From Calditrichia bacterium (GTDB taxonomy: Bacteria > Calditrichota > Calditrichia > RBG-13-44-9 > J075), in the NCBI GenBank assembly GCA_050633245.1, contig JBOEGD010000024.1, forward strand, positions 32,001-96,000: DNA of 64,000 nucleotides, in the 5' to 3' direction. Below the pieces are notes generated by a model that searched no databases, was not told where the DNA came from, and worked only from the letters and a program-made list of their open reading frames with translations. Below, one piece after another: positions 36,329-45,302 of this stretch. Every line of letters begins with the position of its first letter. Position 1 is the first letter of the stretch. The translations under genes were made by a program, and so were the position numbers.

Positions 36329-37465
36329 CTATAAGAACCCGAGGCCAAAGTTGAAAAAGGTCATGCCACCGTTAAACGTTTTGTCGTAACGGTCTTCAAA
36401 ACGCGCATCACTACGCCCGACGCGTAAACGTAGCGCGATCTGACTGTTTGGGCCGCCAAGGCGAATGTGTATCTGTGAGCCATATGTAAATGCCAGAACG
36501 TGGGGTGTTGCTGTTCGTTCTCCAATAACTTGGTTAATACTTGGTTCTCCATCTCCTGTGTGAATATGCTGGATTGATACCCCGACAAAGGGTGTAAAAT
36601 CCAGCGAGTTTTTGGTGAAGCGATAGCCAAAGTCAAGAGATCCCAAATAAGACTTGTAGCGTGCCTCGGGAAACCAAAGACCATTACCCGCTACTTGCTC
36701 TCGTCGGGCATTTACTGGTTTCGTAAACTGATTGTTTATCATAAAGGCAAAGTCGCCATAATAGACATCCATAGTTAGTCCATACGACCATTGAGAAGGA
36801 AAGAGGCTGCCTAAATCGCCGCCGAACCTGCTGGTTCCGGTGAAAAATGTGAGTCCATACTGCCATTCACGAGGTGGATCGCTAATGAGCAAGGCTTCTT
36901 CGACAAAGGTAGACAATGTGGTATACGGATAGTCATCTACGTATTCAGCGACGGCCGTATTTACAATCTTTTTTTCAGGAGTATCTTTAAATCGCAGTAT
37001 AAAAACTCTGGCAAAATCGATCTCTGAATCTTCGGCACCATTCGCTTCAAATTTCTCTATAACACGATTGCTGTTTGACCACATATAGTTAAGAAGCTGA
37101 TTCTCAAGGCCATCATCAAAGAATAGCAGTTCATATCCCGGCTCCGGAATGGTCTCCAGATAATCGGTGGCGTATTTTTCCAATCCGCGAAAAAATGCAA
37201 GGTCACCGTTAATAAAGTGAATCAGGAAGCGTTCTTTTTGTGAAAGCCAGATTGTACGGTAGTATTGCTGATCTGTCTTACGGATAGTTGCATCAATTTG
37301 GTTGAGCTCATCTTTACTCAAATGCCAGGATATCTTACTACGCATATCTTCCAGGCGTTTGAGGTGTTTATTGACCTGAGGAACGATGACCTCTTCCTGA
37401 GCAATTAACTGGGTAGAAATTAGCCCTGCGATTAGCAATAGCAATAGCTTGTTCATCATATGCAT
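36329..37465 (-). CDS. Hypothetical exported protein with probable C-terminal beta-barrel
   Basis: Signal peptide, helical N-terminal half and amphipathic strand-rich C-terminal half ending FNFGLGFL. Confidence 0.6.
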   Translation of the reverse strand: MHMMNKLLLLLIAGLISTQLIAQEEVIVPQVNKHLKRLEDMRSKISWHLSKDELNQIDATIRKTDQQYYRTIWLSQKERFLIHFINGDLAFFRGLEKYATDYLETIPEPGYELLFFDDGLENQLLNYMWSNSNRVIEKFEANGAEDSEIDFARVFILRFKDTPEKKIVNTAVAEYVDDYPYTTLSTFVEEALLISDPPREWQYGLTFFTGTSRFGGDLGSLFPSQWSYGLTMDVYYGDFAFMINNQFTKPVNARREQVAGNGLWFPEARYKSYLGSLDFGYRFTKNSLDFTPFVGVSIQHIHTGDGEPSINQVIGERTATPHVLAFTYGSQIHIRLGGPNSQIALRLRVGRSDARFEDRYDKTFNGGMTFFNFGLGFL

Positions 37466-37663
37466 CTCCGAGGAGAGTAGTGATACATTTCAGCTTTTAA
37501 ATAATTATCGGCTGATGAGAATAGTTTTTCAATATCATGTTAAAAAAGAGACTGGGGATTGCATGAATAATACTTGTTGCACGCTATTAAAGCATAATGT
37601 CTTCTTGAAGATCATGCAATAAATATTCTTACCTTTAAATGATTTCATGTTGCCAAAGGTTCC

Positions 37664-38758
37664 CTAGATTCTCATAAATCGCTTACCCGGAAGTTGGCGA
37701 ATAAGTCCCATGAGTTCCAGTTTAAGCAGGCGGCTTAAAATTGAGGCCGATGACTCTTCCAGCTCCTGAACTAGGTGGTCGATATGAACCGGGTCGACGA
37801 CAAGTTCTTCTAAAAGTCGCCTTTCTCTTTTGTCCAGATTGGGTGGTATTATCCTGGCCTGATGCACAGGATCTTTTTGCAGCATGGGTAGCTCATCAAA
37901 GATGTCATCGGCAGATAGAACGAGCTTTGCCCCCTGTCTAATCAGGGCATTTGTTCCCTCACTTGCCGCGCTGTTAATATTCCCCGGAACGGCGAATACC
38001 TCACGGTTTTGCTCGAGCGCATAGTTGGTCGTTATTAACGCTCCGCTTTTCTTGCCGGCCTCAATAACCAAGACGCCCCTGCTGAGTCCGCTAATGATGC
38101 GATTGCGCTTTGGAAAATTCATGGCATCCGGGCCACTTCCAAAAAGGTATTCACTCAATAGTAGTTGATGCTCACAGAGTTCCCTATAAAGTCTCTTGTT
38201 TTCCGGAGGATAAATGCGATCGAGACCACAACCGAGTACGGCAATTGTTTGTCCACCCAGGCGAACGCAGGTTTCATGAGCGATCGTGTCTACGCCCCGC
38301 GCAAACCCACTGGCAATGCAAATGTTGTTTGAGCTTAGCTCTGCGGTCAGTTTTGCTGCTGCAAACTTGCCATACGCCGTTGGGTGACGTGTTCCAACAA
38401 TCCCAATCGTATTAAGCCATATTGCCGGCAAAACTCCGCGATAAAACAAAAACAATGGAGCATCGGAACAGGCTTTGAGCATGGGGGGGTAGGAATCATC
38501 CCATTTTGTAAGTAGGCCAATATTCTCCTTTTTCAGCCACTCCAGCTGTTTTTCGAAGACAGGCTGTACATAACCTTTTCGAATTCGAATTGCCTGCGCC
38601 CGATCGATACTTCTCAGGCTTGTCAATCTTCTAAGCGAAGCGTTGCATGCAGAATCTGCGCTGCCGAATTCACGTAGCAGGATACGGATTCTTGCAGAGC
38701 CAATTCCGTTGATTGTGCTGAGTTTTAGAATGTCGTTTATCTGGGGTTTAGATGTCAT
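37664..38758 (-). CDS. dprA: DNA-processing protein DprA
   Basis: GIVGTRHPT, ASGFARGVDTIAH, VLGCG, FPKRNRIISG, SGALIT and VFAVPG motifs; C-terminal wHTH. Confidence 0.96.
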   Translation of the reverse strand: MTSKPQINDILKLSTINGIGSARIRILLREFGSADSACNASLRRLTSLRSIDRAQAIRIRKGYVQPVFEKQLEWLKKENIGLLTKWDDSYPPMLKACSDAPLFLFYRGVLPAIWLNTIGIVGTRHPTAYGKFAAAKLTAELSSNNICIASGFARGVDTIAHETCVRLGGQTIAVLGCGLDRIYPPENKRLYRELCEHQLLLSEYLFGSGPDAMNFPKRNRIISGLSRGVLVIEAGKKSGALITTNYALEQNREVFAVPGNINSAASEGTNALIRQGAKLVLSADDIFDELPMLQKDPVHQARIIPPNLDKRERRLLEELVVDPVHIDHLVQELEESSASILSRLLKLELMGLIRQLPGKRFMRI

Positions 38759-38763
38759 AGGCT

Positions 38764-39052
38764 AACATGGATGGATAAGATGAAAGAAAACATGGATGAA
38801 CAGAATAAAAAAACATGGATGAACAGAATAAAAAGAACATGAATGCGCTTGACCTGATGCGATGTTGACATGGATGAACAGAATAAAAAAACATGGATGA
38901 ACAGAATAAAAAGAATTTGGATGCGCTTGACCTGATGCGATGTTGACATGGATGAGTGAAATGAAAAAGAACATGGATAAACAGAATATTAAGGAATATG
39001 GATAAACAGCATATAAAGGAACATGGATGAAGGCATTATCGTTAATGGATGG
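38764..39052. repeat. Array of 12 ACATGGATG-core repeats (22-31-nt period) with a 78-bp higher-order duplication
   Basis: Cores at 38765, 38790, 38813, 38837, 38868, 38891, 38915, 38946, 38971, 38996, 39021 and 39043. Segment 38790-38867 is nearly identical to 38868-38945. Confidence 0.93.
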
Positions 39053-39091
39053 AATAATATTCAATGTAGAACCAATCGATCGGTGATATCT

Positions 39092-39478
39092 TTATGGAGT
39101 TACATGGTGATTCTTTGATCTGTTGAATCGCATATATTCAAGCTTTGGCCTGCCAAAATTTATGAGAAGACCAACTTCAATTCCCGATGCGTTTAAATAG
39201 TTTAAAACTTGTGCTTGATGTATGGGTTCGATTGCTTTTACGGCCTTTAATTCGACGATCACCTTTTGTTCAACAAACAGGTCTGCATAAAACTTTCCTA
39301 TGCAGCGTCCTCTGAAGAATACCTCCAGGGGGTATCGGTTATCTGCCTGAAGACCTTCTAAGCGGAGAGCTTGGAGCAAAGCGTTTTCATAAACGGTTTC
39401 AAGAAAACCTGCACCAAGTTCATTGCTCACCTCAAATGAGCATTTTAGTATGATGCTCGTGAGTTTATAGTGTTTCAT
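39092..39478 (-). CDS. GxxExxY-family protein (PD-(D/E)XK nuclease fold)
   Basis: LGAGFLETVYENAL (GxxExxY), FYADLFVEQKVIVELKAV, HQAQVLNYL and GLLINFG motifs. Confidence 0.95.
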   Translation of the reverse strand: MKHYKLTSIILKCSFEVSNELGAGFLETVYENALLQALRLEGLQADNRYPLEVFFRGRCIGKFYADLFVEQKVIVELKAVKAIEPIHQAQVLNYLNASGIEVGLLINFGRPKLEYMRFNRSKNHHVTP

Positions 39479-39589
39479 TGTATGATTATCCGCAGAAATA
39501 GTGCAATCGCAGGGGAGTTATTATCTATTCTAAAAAACAGCGGTTTTTTGGGGAGATAATTTTTTTTACAGGGGAGGGGGGACGATAAT

Positions 39590-40615
39590 TTAGGTGAGAT
39601 CGGTATCTGTGTATTCTTCTTTCGCCTGAATATCCTGAAGATGTTTCCAAATGCGATCTTTGAGCTCGTCGAGATTCATTCTAGCTATGGATGAGATCGC
39701 CATCGCAGGGTAGGGGAGTTTTGGCCCGAGTTCTACCAGCCAATCGGTATCATCCCAGCTGTCTTTTTTGGTTAACACGACAAATGCCGGTTTACCAGCC
39801 AGAGTTTCCGAGTGCGTTGCAAGTTCGTTGCGGAGGGTTTCAAAGGTTTCAATCGGGTCTTCGATTTCCGGATCGAGCGGATCAATCATATAAAGCAGCA
39901 GGCGTGTTCGCTCGATATGTCGAAGAAATTGAAGCCCAAGCCCTTTACCCGCGCTGGCGCCTTCAATGAGGCCGGGAATGTCAGCCATGATGAAACTTTT
40001 GATCTCGCGGTACTTAACGAACCCCAGATTTGGCTTTAGAGTAGTGAAGGGATAGTCTGCAATTTTGGGTTTCGCTGAGGTGATATTAGCCAGCAAAGTT
40101 GATTTTCCGGCATTGGGTTTTCCAACCAAACCGACATCGGCAATCAGTTTTAGTTCGAAGATGACATCGACCTGCTCACCCTGCTTGCCGACCTCCCACT
40201 CGCGAGGTGAACGATGCGTGGAGGTAGCAAAACGAGCATTGCCGCGTCCGCCGAACCCGCCACGAACAATAGTGTAGCGCTGTCCCTCTTCGGTAAGATC
40301 TATAATGACTTCTTCCGTATTGGCATTTTTTACAACTGTGCCGGAAGGAACCTGAAGCACAATGTCTTTACCAGCCTTTCCATGCTTATCACTTCCTTTG
40401 CCGTGAACACCGCGTTCGGCCTTGTAGATTTTCTTGTAGCGATAATCTACCAGAGTATGAAGCTGTGGATTAACTTCGAGAATAATGCTGCCGCCACGTC
40501 CGCCGTCACCACCGTCGGGACCGCCTTTAGGCATGAACTTTTCCCGCCGGAAGCTCATGCAGCCGCTACCGCCTTGTCCTGCCTGAAGCGTTATTTTGAC
40601 GTAATCTAAAAACAT
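39590..40615 (-). CDS. obgE: GTPase ObgE/CgtA
   Basis: MFLDYVKI start (ATG 40615), SFRREK...GGPDGGDGG, GKPNAGKST, YPFTT, DIPG and FLRHIER motifs. Confidence 0.97.
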   Translation of the reverse strand: MFLDYVKITLQAGQGGSGCMSFRREKFMPKGGPDGGDGGRGGSIILEVNPQLHTLVDYRYKKIYKAERGVHGKGSDKHGKAGKDIVLQVPSGTVVKNANTEEVIIDLTEEGQRYTIVRGGFGGRGNARFATSTHRSPREWEVGKQGEQVDVIFELKLIADVGLVGKPNAGKSTLLANITSAKPKIADYPFTTLKPNLGFVKYREIKSFIMADIPGLIEGASAGKGLGLQFLRHIERTRLLLYMIDPLDPEIEDPIETFETLRNELATHSETLAGKPAFVVLTKKDSWDDTDWLVELGPKLPYPAMAISSIARMNLDELKDRIWKHLQDIQAKEEYTDTDLT

Positions 40616-40887
40616 AAGTGGTCGGTCAATCCTATTGTCAGGTTCCTTTGTGCCGCACAAAATAGCCAGAAGCGAAGCCTCTGGCAAGAGGTTTGTCTTT
40701 CTTCTTGATAGAGAGGATTCGCAAAAGCTGTTTACGCTTTGATAAACGGATCACCATTTGGGGTAATTTATTGTGTATATTTAGGAAACATTACGGTCGA
40801 TGGTTAATTTAAGTATTGAATCATGGCAGCTTTTGTAGTATTATTTTTTTGATTTGAGTTCTATTTTAGTATGGGTTCCGGATAGTA

Positions 40888-42492
40888 ATGAAACGACGCG
40901 ATTTTTTGAAAATGCTGCCGGCTCTCGGCGTTTATTTAGGTAGTCTGCAACAGGCTATTGGCCGAGAGCTACAGGATATCATTGGCAACCGCCCCAGTTC
41001 GTTAACGATCTCATCTGGTAAAGGTCGTCGCGAGATATCTCTGCCGGTGAGTTGGCAAAGCGGCGTCGGTTATGTAAGCGCCGATCGCTTCGCAAAAGCA
41101 TTCGATTATAATACCTACCTGAACCAGCAGAAGCGCAAGCTGGTTATTTATTTTCCCAATAATAAAGTAGTGGTTAGTGCGGACAATCCGTTTGTGGTAA
41201 TAGACAGCAAAGTATATCAGATGCCGTCTGCCTGTCAATGGGCAAATGGTGGCATTCAGGTGCCAATCGCCCAGCTTATTCCACTCACCAACAGCTACAC
41301 CAATACGCGCATGGAATTTGATAAAGCGCGTTTTATTCTGGGAGCTCGAAAAAAAGCGTTTTCTGTTGCCGGTATAGACATGAGCAGCAAAGCGAATGGT
41401 GATGTGATTCGCATCCGCACCAGCCGCAGGTTTCGCGATGGCGAGATTACCAGCAATATGCGTAATGGTTGGCTACATGTCGACTTATATGGAGCGACTG
41501 CTGATGTAGAACTGTTGAAGAAGACCAAGGTGAGTGGACATGTACGCGAACTGAACGTTTTTGAATTTCGCAAGCTGATTTCAGTTGCCCTTCGATTAAG
41601 AAAAGAACCGCTTTCACGAGAAGTCTATCAGGATAAATCCAATGGTGATGTCGTTGTTGTGCTGCGTTATAAGGAAGAAATTGCGCAAAACGAGAAGCGG
41701 AAAGAGCCGGAAGACCCACGTCCCAAGAAAGAAACAGCGAACAACGAAGATCTGAGTATCGATAAACAGCTGGAGCGTGAGCGCGAACGTTGGCTAATTG
41801 ATACCGTCGTTATCGATGCCGGACATGGTGGACGAGATCCCGGGGCTATTGGCGTAGGTGGAATTCGTGAAAAAGATCTTGCTCTGGCGGTGGCATTAAA
41901 ACTCGGGGCGCTGGTAAAGCGTAAGCTGCCGGACGTGAGAGTTGTCTACACGCGTAAGGACGATCGTTTTATTGAACTTCGTCGTCGCACACAGATTGCA
42001 AATGAGAATAAAGCCAAAGTATTTATCAGTATCCATGCCAATGCAAATCGCAGCAGCCGTGCAAGCGGATTTGAGACATATCTGTTGGGAGAGGAAAAAG
42101 GCAACCAGGCGCGCAATGTTATGGAGCGCGAAAATTCAGTGATAAAGTTTGAAGATCCCGGTAGTCAGAAGCACTATCAGGGGATTAACTCCATCTTGGT
42201 ACGCATGACGCAGGCTGGCTTTCAAAAGCAGAGCGAACACTTGGCCTCGAGCGTTCAGCAGAATATGGCCAAGCGTCTCCGTAGCCTTAATATGAAGAAC
42301 CGCGGTGTTAAACAGGCCCCTTTCTGGGTTATGGTTGGTGCATCCATGCCCAGCATCTTAGTAGAGATGGGCTTTATTACCAATAAGCATGAGTCTAAGA
42401 TTTTGAAAACCGCCAGTCATCAGCAAAAAATTGCTGAAGGTATTTTTACCGGTCTCTCTGGCTTTAAAAAGGACTATGAAAGCGCGATTTAA
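40888..42492 (+). CDS. N-acetylmuramoyl-L-alanine amidase (Amidase_3, AmiC-like) with Tat signal
   Basis: MKRRDFLK twin-arginine motif; IDAGHGGRDPGA, EKD, SIHANA and LVEMGF motifs. Confidence 0.92.
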   Translation: MKRRDFLKMLPALGVYLGSLQQAIGRELQDIIGNRPSSLTISSGKGRREISLPVSWQSGVGYVSADRFAKAFDYNTYLNQQKRKLVIYFPNNKVVVSADNPFVVIDSKVYQMPSACQWANGGIQVPIAQLIPLTNSYTNTRMEFDKARFILGARKKAFSVAGIDMSSKANGDVIRIRTSRRFRDGEITSNMRNGWLHVDLYGATADVELLKKTKVSGHVRELNVFEFRKLISVALRLRKEPLSREVYQDKSNGDVVVVLRYKEEIAQNEKRKEPEDPRPKKETANNEDLSIDKQLERERERWLIDTVVIDAGHGGRDPGAIGVGGIREKDLALAVALKLGALVKRKLPDVRVVYTRKDDRFIELRRRTQIANENKAKVFISIHANANRSSRASGFETYLLGEEKGNQARNVMERENSVIKFEDPGSQKHYQGINSILVRMTQAGFQKQSEHLASSVQQNMAKRLRSLNMKNRGVKQAPFWVMVGASMPSILVEMGFITNKHESKILKTASHQQKIAEGIFTGLSGFKKDYESAI

Positions 42493-42652
42493 TCACTTTC
42501 ATTAGCCAAATATCCGGTAGCCCTTGCGAAAATTCTCCTAAATTGGTTACTTTATTTCCGAATCTTGATGGAACTACCGGCTATTTGCGGACTTTAATCT
42601 TTCAGATGACAATCATGCAGCGCAATGAAAAGCTGCCTCTTTGGAGATTTGC

Positions 42653-43603
42653 ATGAAAAAATATATTTTCTCTCTACTTAGTGCTTTCCTGATAGCAACG
42701 CCGCTTATGGCGCAGTCTGCAGGAACGACGGCATTCAATTTTTTGAAGGCCGATTATAGCGCTCGTGGAGCAGCGATGGCCAATAATCTGCTGGCAATAA
42801 AGCAGGATGTGAATACCATGTTTTACAATCCTGCCGGACTGTATGGCATTGAGCAATCTCAGTGGTCGGCAGGATATACCGATCATTTGCTGGATTTTCA
42901 GGCCGGGCAATTATTGTATGCGCGTCAAGGTGGTCCACTGGGCATTGTCGGGCTTGGTGTAATCTATTTTGATTACGGCAGCTTTGATGCAACGGATGAA
43001 TTTGGTGATCTAACCGGAGAGAATGCTTCGGCATCTGAATTTGCAGTGGCATTCTCTATTTCGAATACCCTCGGTGATGGATTCGATTACGGTGTAAATT
43101 TGAAATACATTTATTCTTCGCTCGATGTCTATAGCGCAGCGGGAATTGCCATCGACGCCGGATTAATTTATAATGTACCGTTAGGAAAAGACCTGCGACT
43201 GGGCGTTTCTGTTTCCAATTTGGGGATCGTTTACGATACTTATACCGACGTGGATGACAAGATGCCGGTTAACCTGCGCGTTGGCTTTTCGAAAAAATTG
43301 GCGCACCTTCCACTGCTTTTCTCTGCATCGCTAAATGATATTACGCTGTCTTCTGATGACAATGTGGACGTGCTGAAACGCTTCAGTGTTGGCGGAGAGT
43401 TTGATGTCAGCGCGGTGCTGAAATTCCGCATTGGCTACGATAATAATGTAAATCAAAGCGTGCGCCCTTTGTCGGGTCGTAATTTTGGTGGCGTGTCTGC
43501 CGGTCTTGGATTAAACGTTAAATCCTTTCGTGTAGATTATGCTTTCTCATCTGGCGGGGATCTGGGCAATCAAAATCGATTTGGTTTGACGGGTAATTTC
43601 TAA
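42653..43603 (+). CDS. PorV/PorQ-family outer-membrane barrel
   Basis: Signal peptide, FLK...SARGAAM, MFYNPAGL, beta strands and C-terminal Phe. Confidence 0.78.
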   Translation: MKKYIFSLLSAFLIATPLMAQSAGTTAFNFLKADYSARGAAMANNLLAIKQDVNTMFYNPAGLYGIEQSQWSAGYTDHLLDFQAGQLLYARQGGPLGIVGLGVIYFDYGSFDATDEFGDLTGENASASEFAVAFSISNTLGDGFDYGVNLKYIYSSLDVYSAAGIAIDAGLIYNVPLGKDLRLGVSVSNLGIVYDTYTDVDDKMPVNLRVGFSKKLAHLPLLFSASLNDITLSSDDNVDVLKRFSVGGEFDVSAVLKFRIGYDNNVNQSVRPLSGRNFGGVSAGLGLNVKSFRVDYAFSSGGDLGNQNRFGLTGNF

Positions 43604-43612
43604 ACATTTTTC

Positions 43613-44551
43613 CTACAAGCCGTTCGTTAGTCGAACGGCTTTGACTATTGCTTCTGCGACTAATGTTGCAGCAATGGCTCCCACAACATTGATATCTGCT
43701 TTTTTCTTTCCACAGCTTACGGCAAAGACCATATCACCATCGTGCATCGTGTGTGCGGGCCGTGTCGATCGTGTGATTCCCGCCTGAGCTATTTGGGCAA
43801 TTTTGTTTATCTCTTCCTTACTGAAAGCAGCATCTGTCGCGACAACAGCCAGAGTGGTATTCGTTCCTGATGCGCTTTGTCCAAAATTCGTTTTAACAAT
43901 ATGTTGATAAGTATCTATAAAATCGTTGGTTTCGGGATGTCTTGCGCCGGCAATAATTTGTCCATTGGCCGGATTAATAACATCACCCAGTGCATTTACA
44001 ACGGCGAGTGCCGAGACTTGTGTTCCGTTGGGAAGTAAGGTTGATGTGGACGCCAGTCCGCCGGGCATGGAGTTGGCTAATCCCAGAATTTTACCAACTC
44101 GTGCACCGCTACCGGCTCCTACTTTGCCTTCAGCGTAATCCTTTGAGGCTTTCTGGCAGGCCCGATATCCCATTTCCTCAGTCGGCAAGGCAGAATCACG
44201 ATTCTCATTCATATCAAACAACACTGCGGCTGGAACAATTGGAATGCAGACCCCCTGTGCATCGAACCCAATTTTTTGTTCTGCCAGCCAACGCATAGCC
44301 CCATCTGCGGTGCGTAGTCCAAACGCACTGCCACCGGTTAACATAATGGCGTGAATACGACGGATCATAAAGGTTGGCTGCAGCATTGCTGCTTCACGTG
44401 TTCCAGGTGCAGACCCGCGAATATCCGCTCCGGCGACTGCCCCCTGCGGAAAGACAATAGCAGTGCAGCCGGTTTCTTCTTTCAGATCGTGCGCATGGCC
44501 CACAAGAATTCCCTGAATATCGGTCAATCTTACCAACTGTCTTCTCCTCAA
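43613..44551 (-). CDS. Peptidase S58 (P1/DmpA-like) family
   Basis: VGHA, TGCT, GSAPGTRE, LTGGSAFGL, VNALGD, NTTL and PAHTMHDGD motifs. Confidence 0.88.
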   Translation of the reverse strand: MRRRQLVRLTDIQGILVGHAHDLKEETGCTAIVFPQGAVAGADIRGSAPGTREAAMLQPTFMIRRIHAIMLTGGSAFGLRTADGAMRWLAEQKIGFDAQGVCIPIVPAAVLFDMNENRDSALPTEEMGYRACQKASKDYAEGKVGAGSGARVGKILGLANSMPGGLASTSTLLPNGTQVSALAVVNALGDVINPANGQIIAGARHPETNDFIDTYQHIVKTNFGQSASGTNTTLAVVATDAAFSKEEINKIAQIAQAGITRSTRPAHTMHDGDMVFAVSCGKKKADINVVGAIAATLVAEAIVKAVRLTNGL

Positions 44552-44661
44552 CGAAATATTAATTGACTTTAATGTATACAGAAAAAAAGACGATGGTAAG
44601 CGGGAAATGATGATCTAAGGAAATTAATTAAAGTGCATATGAACGCTGATAATCACAACTC

Positions 44662-44689
44662 TTGACTTTAGAACAGATTATGTTAATAT
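44662..44689 (+). promoter_or_regulatory. Sigma-70-type promoter upstream of the metal efflux locus
   Basis: TTGACT-N16-TAATAT with TG extended -10. Confidence 0.45.
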
Positions 44690-44741
44690 TTATTTTCGCC
44701 TAATTTATTACGTATTCAAATCCAGATAAACTATCCGTGTT

Positions 44742-45209
44742 ATGAGAATTTTTGTTCGAAACCTGAAAGTGCGTCAACGTCTGAGCATTATGTTTGTCTC
44801 GGCCTTTATCGCACACCTTCTTCTGCTTCATGTCGGAATGACGGGATATGTACTTTGTGTCGGCGATGATGGTCATATTGCCATAGAGCGCAGCCTTGAT
44901 GAAGAGACTTGTTTGGATACTGCCCCTACCGATTGTTCGGAGACCACTTTAGGACATATCGAAGCATTATGCACTGTCAATGAAACTCATTGCGGCAATT
45001 GCACCGATATTGCACTTCTCACAGAGTGTGATGATGAAAAAGCCCGTACCCCCCGTGAAATTCGTGAAACGCGGGTGGCAATTCCATTTGTGATGGCTTC
45101 GCGGGAGCTTACTACGGAAAATATCTCTATTCCTCACCCCCCGGGAATTTCTAGCTACATATTTATCCCATCCTTTACTGCTCAGCGCAACGTTATTCTG
45201 CTGACTTAG
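44742..45209 (+). CDS. Cys/His-rich small exported protein preceding czcCBA (CzcI-like position)
   Basis: Hydrophobic N-terminus, VLCVGDDGHIAIE and HCGNCTDI motifs. Confidence 0.6.
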   Translation: MRIFVRNLKVRQRLSIMFVSAFIAHLLLLHVGMTGYVLCVGDDGHIAIERSLDEETCLDTAPTDCSETTLGHIEALCTVNETHCGNCTDIALLTECDDEKARTPREIRETRVAIPFVMASRELTTENISIPHPPGISSYIFIPSFTAQRNVILLT

Positions 45210-45302
45210 CCTTCTTTCCTCCCATTTCTTGTTGGTCGATTGTAGCACGGCGTTAGCTTGCTACACATATTCTCTATCTTATAAAATGAAGTGAGGATTG
45301 AT

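Noticed and set aside
38764-39052. CRISPR array
   Set aside because: The conserved core is only ~9-17 nt, linkers are short, A-rich and partly duplicated rather than unique 30-40-nt spacers, and there are no cas genes.
38755-39064. Track ORFs 38755-38949 and 38762-39064 (ILFIHV-repeat peptides)
   Set aside because: They are translations of the DNA repeat array, with low complexity and no RBS.
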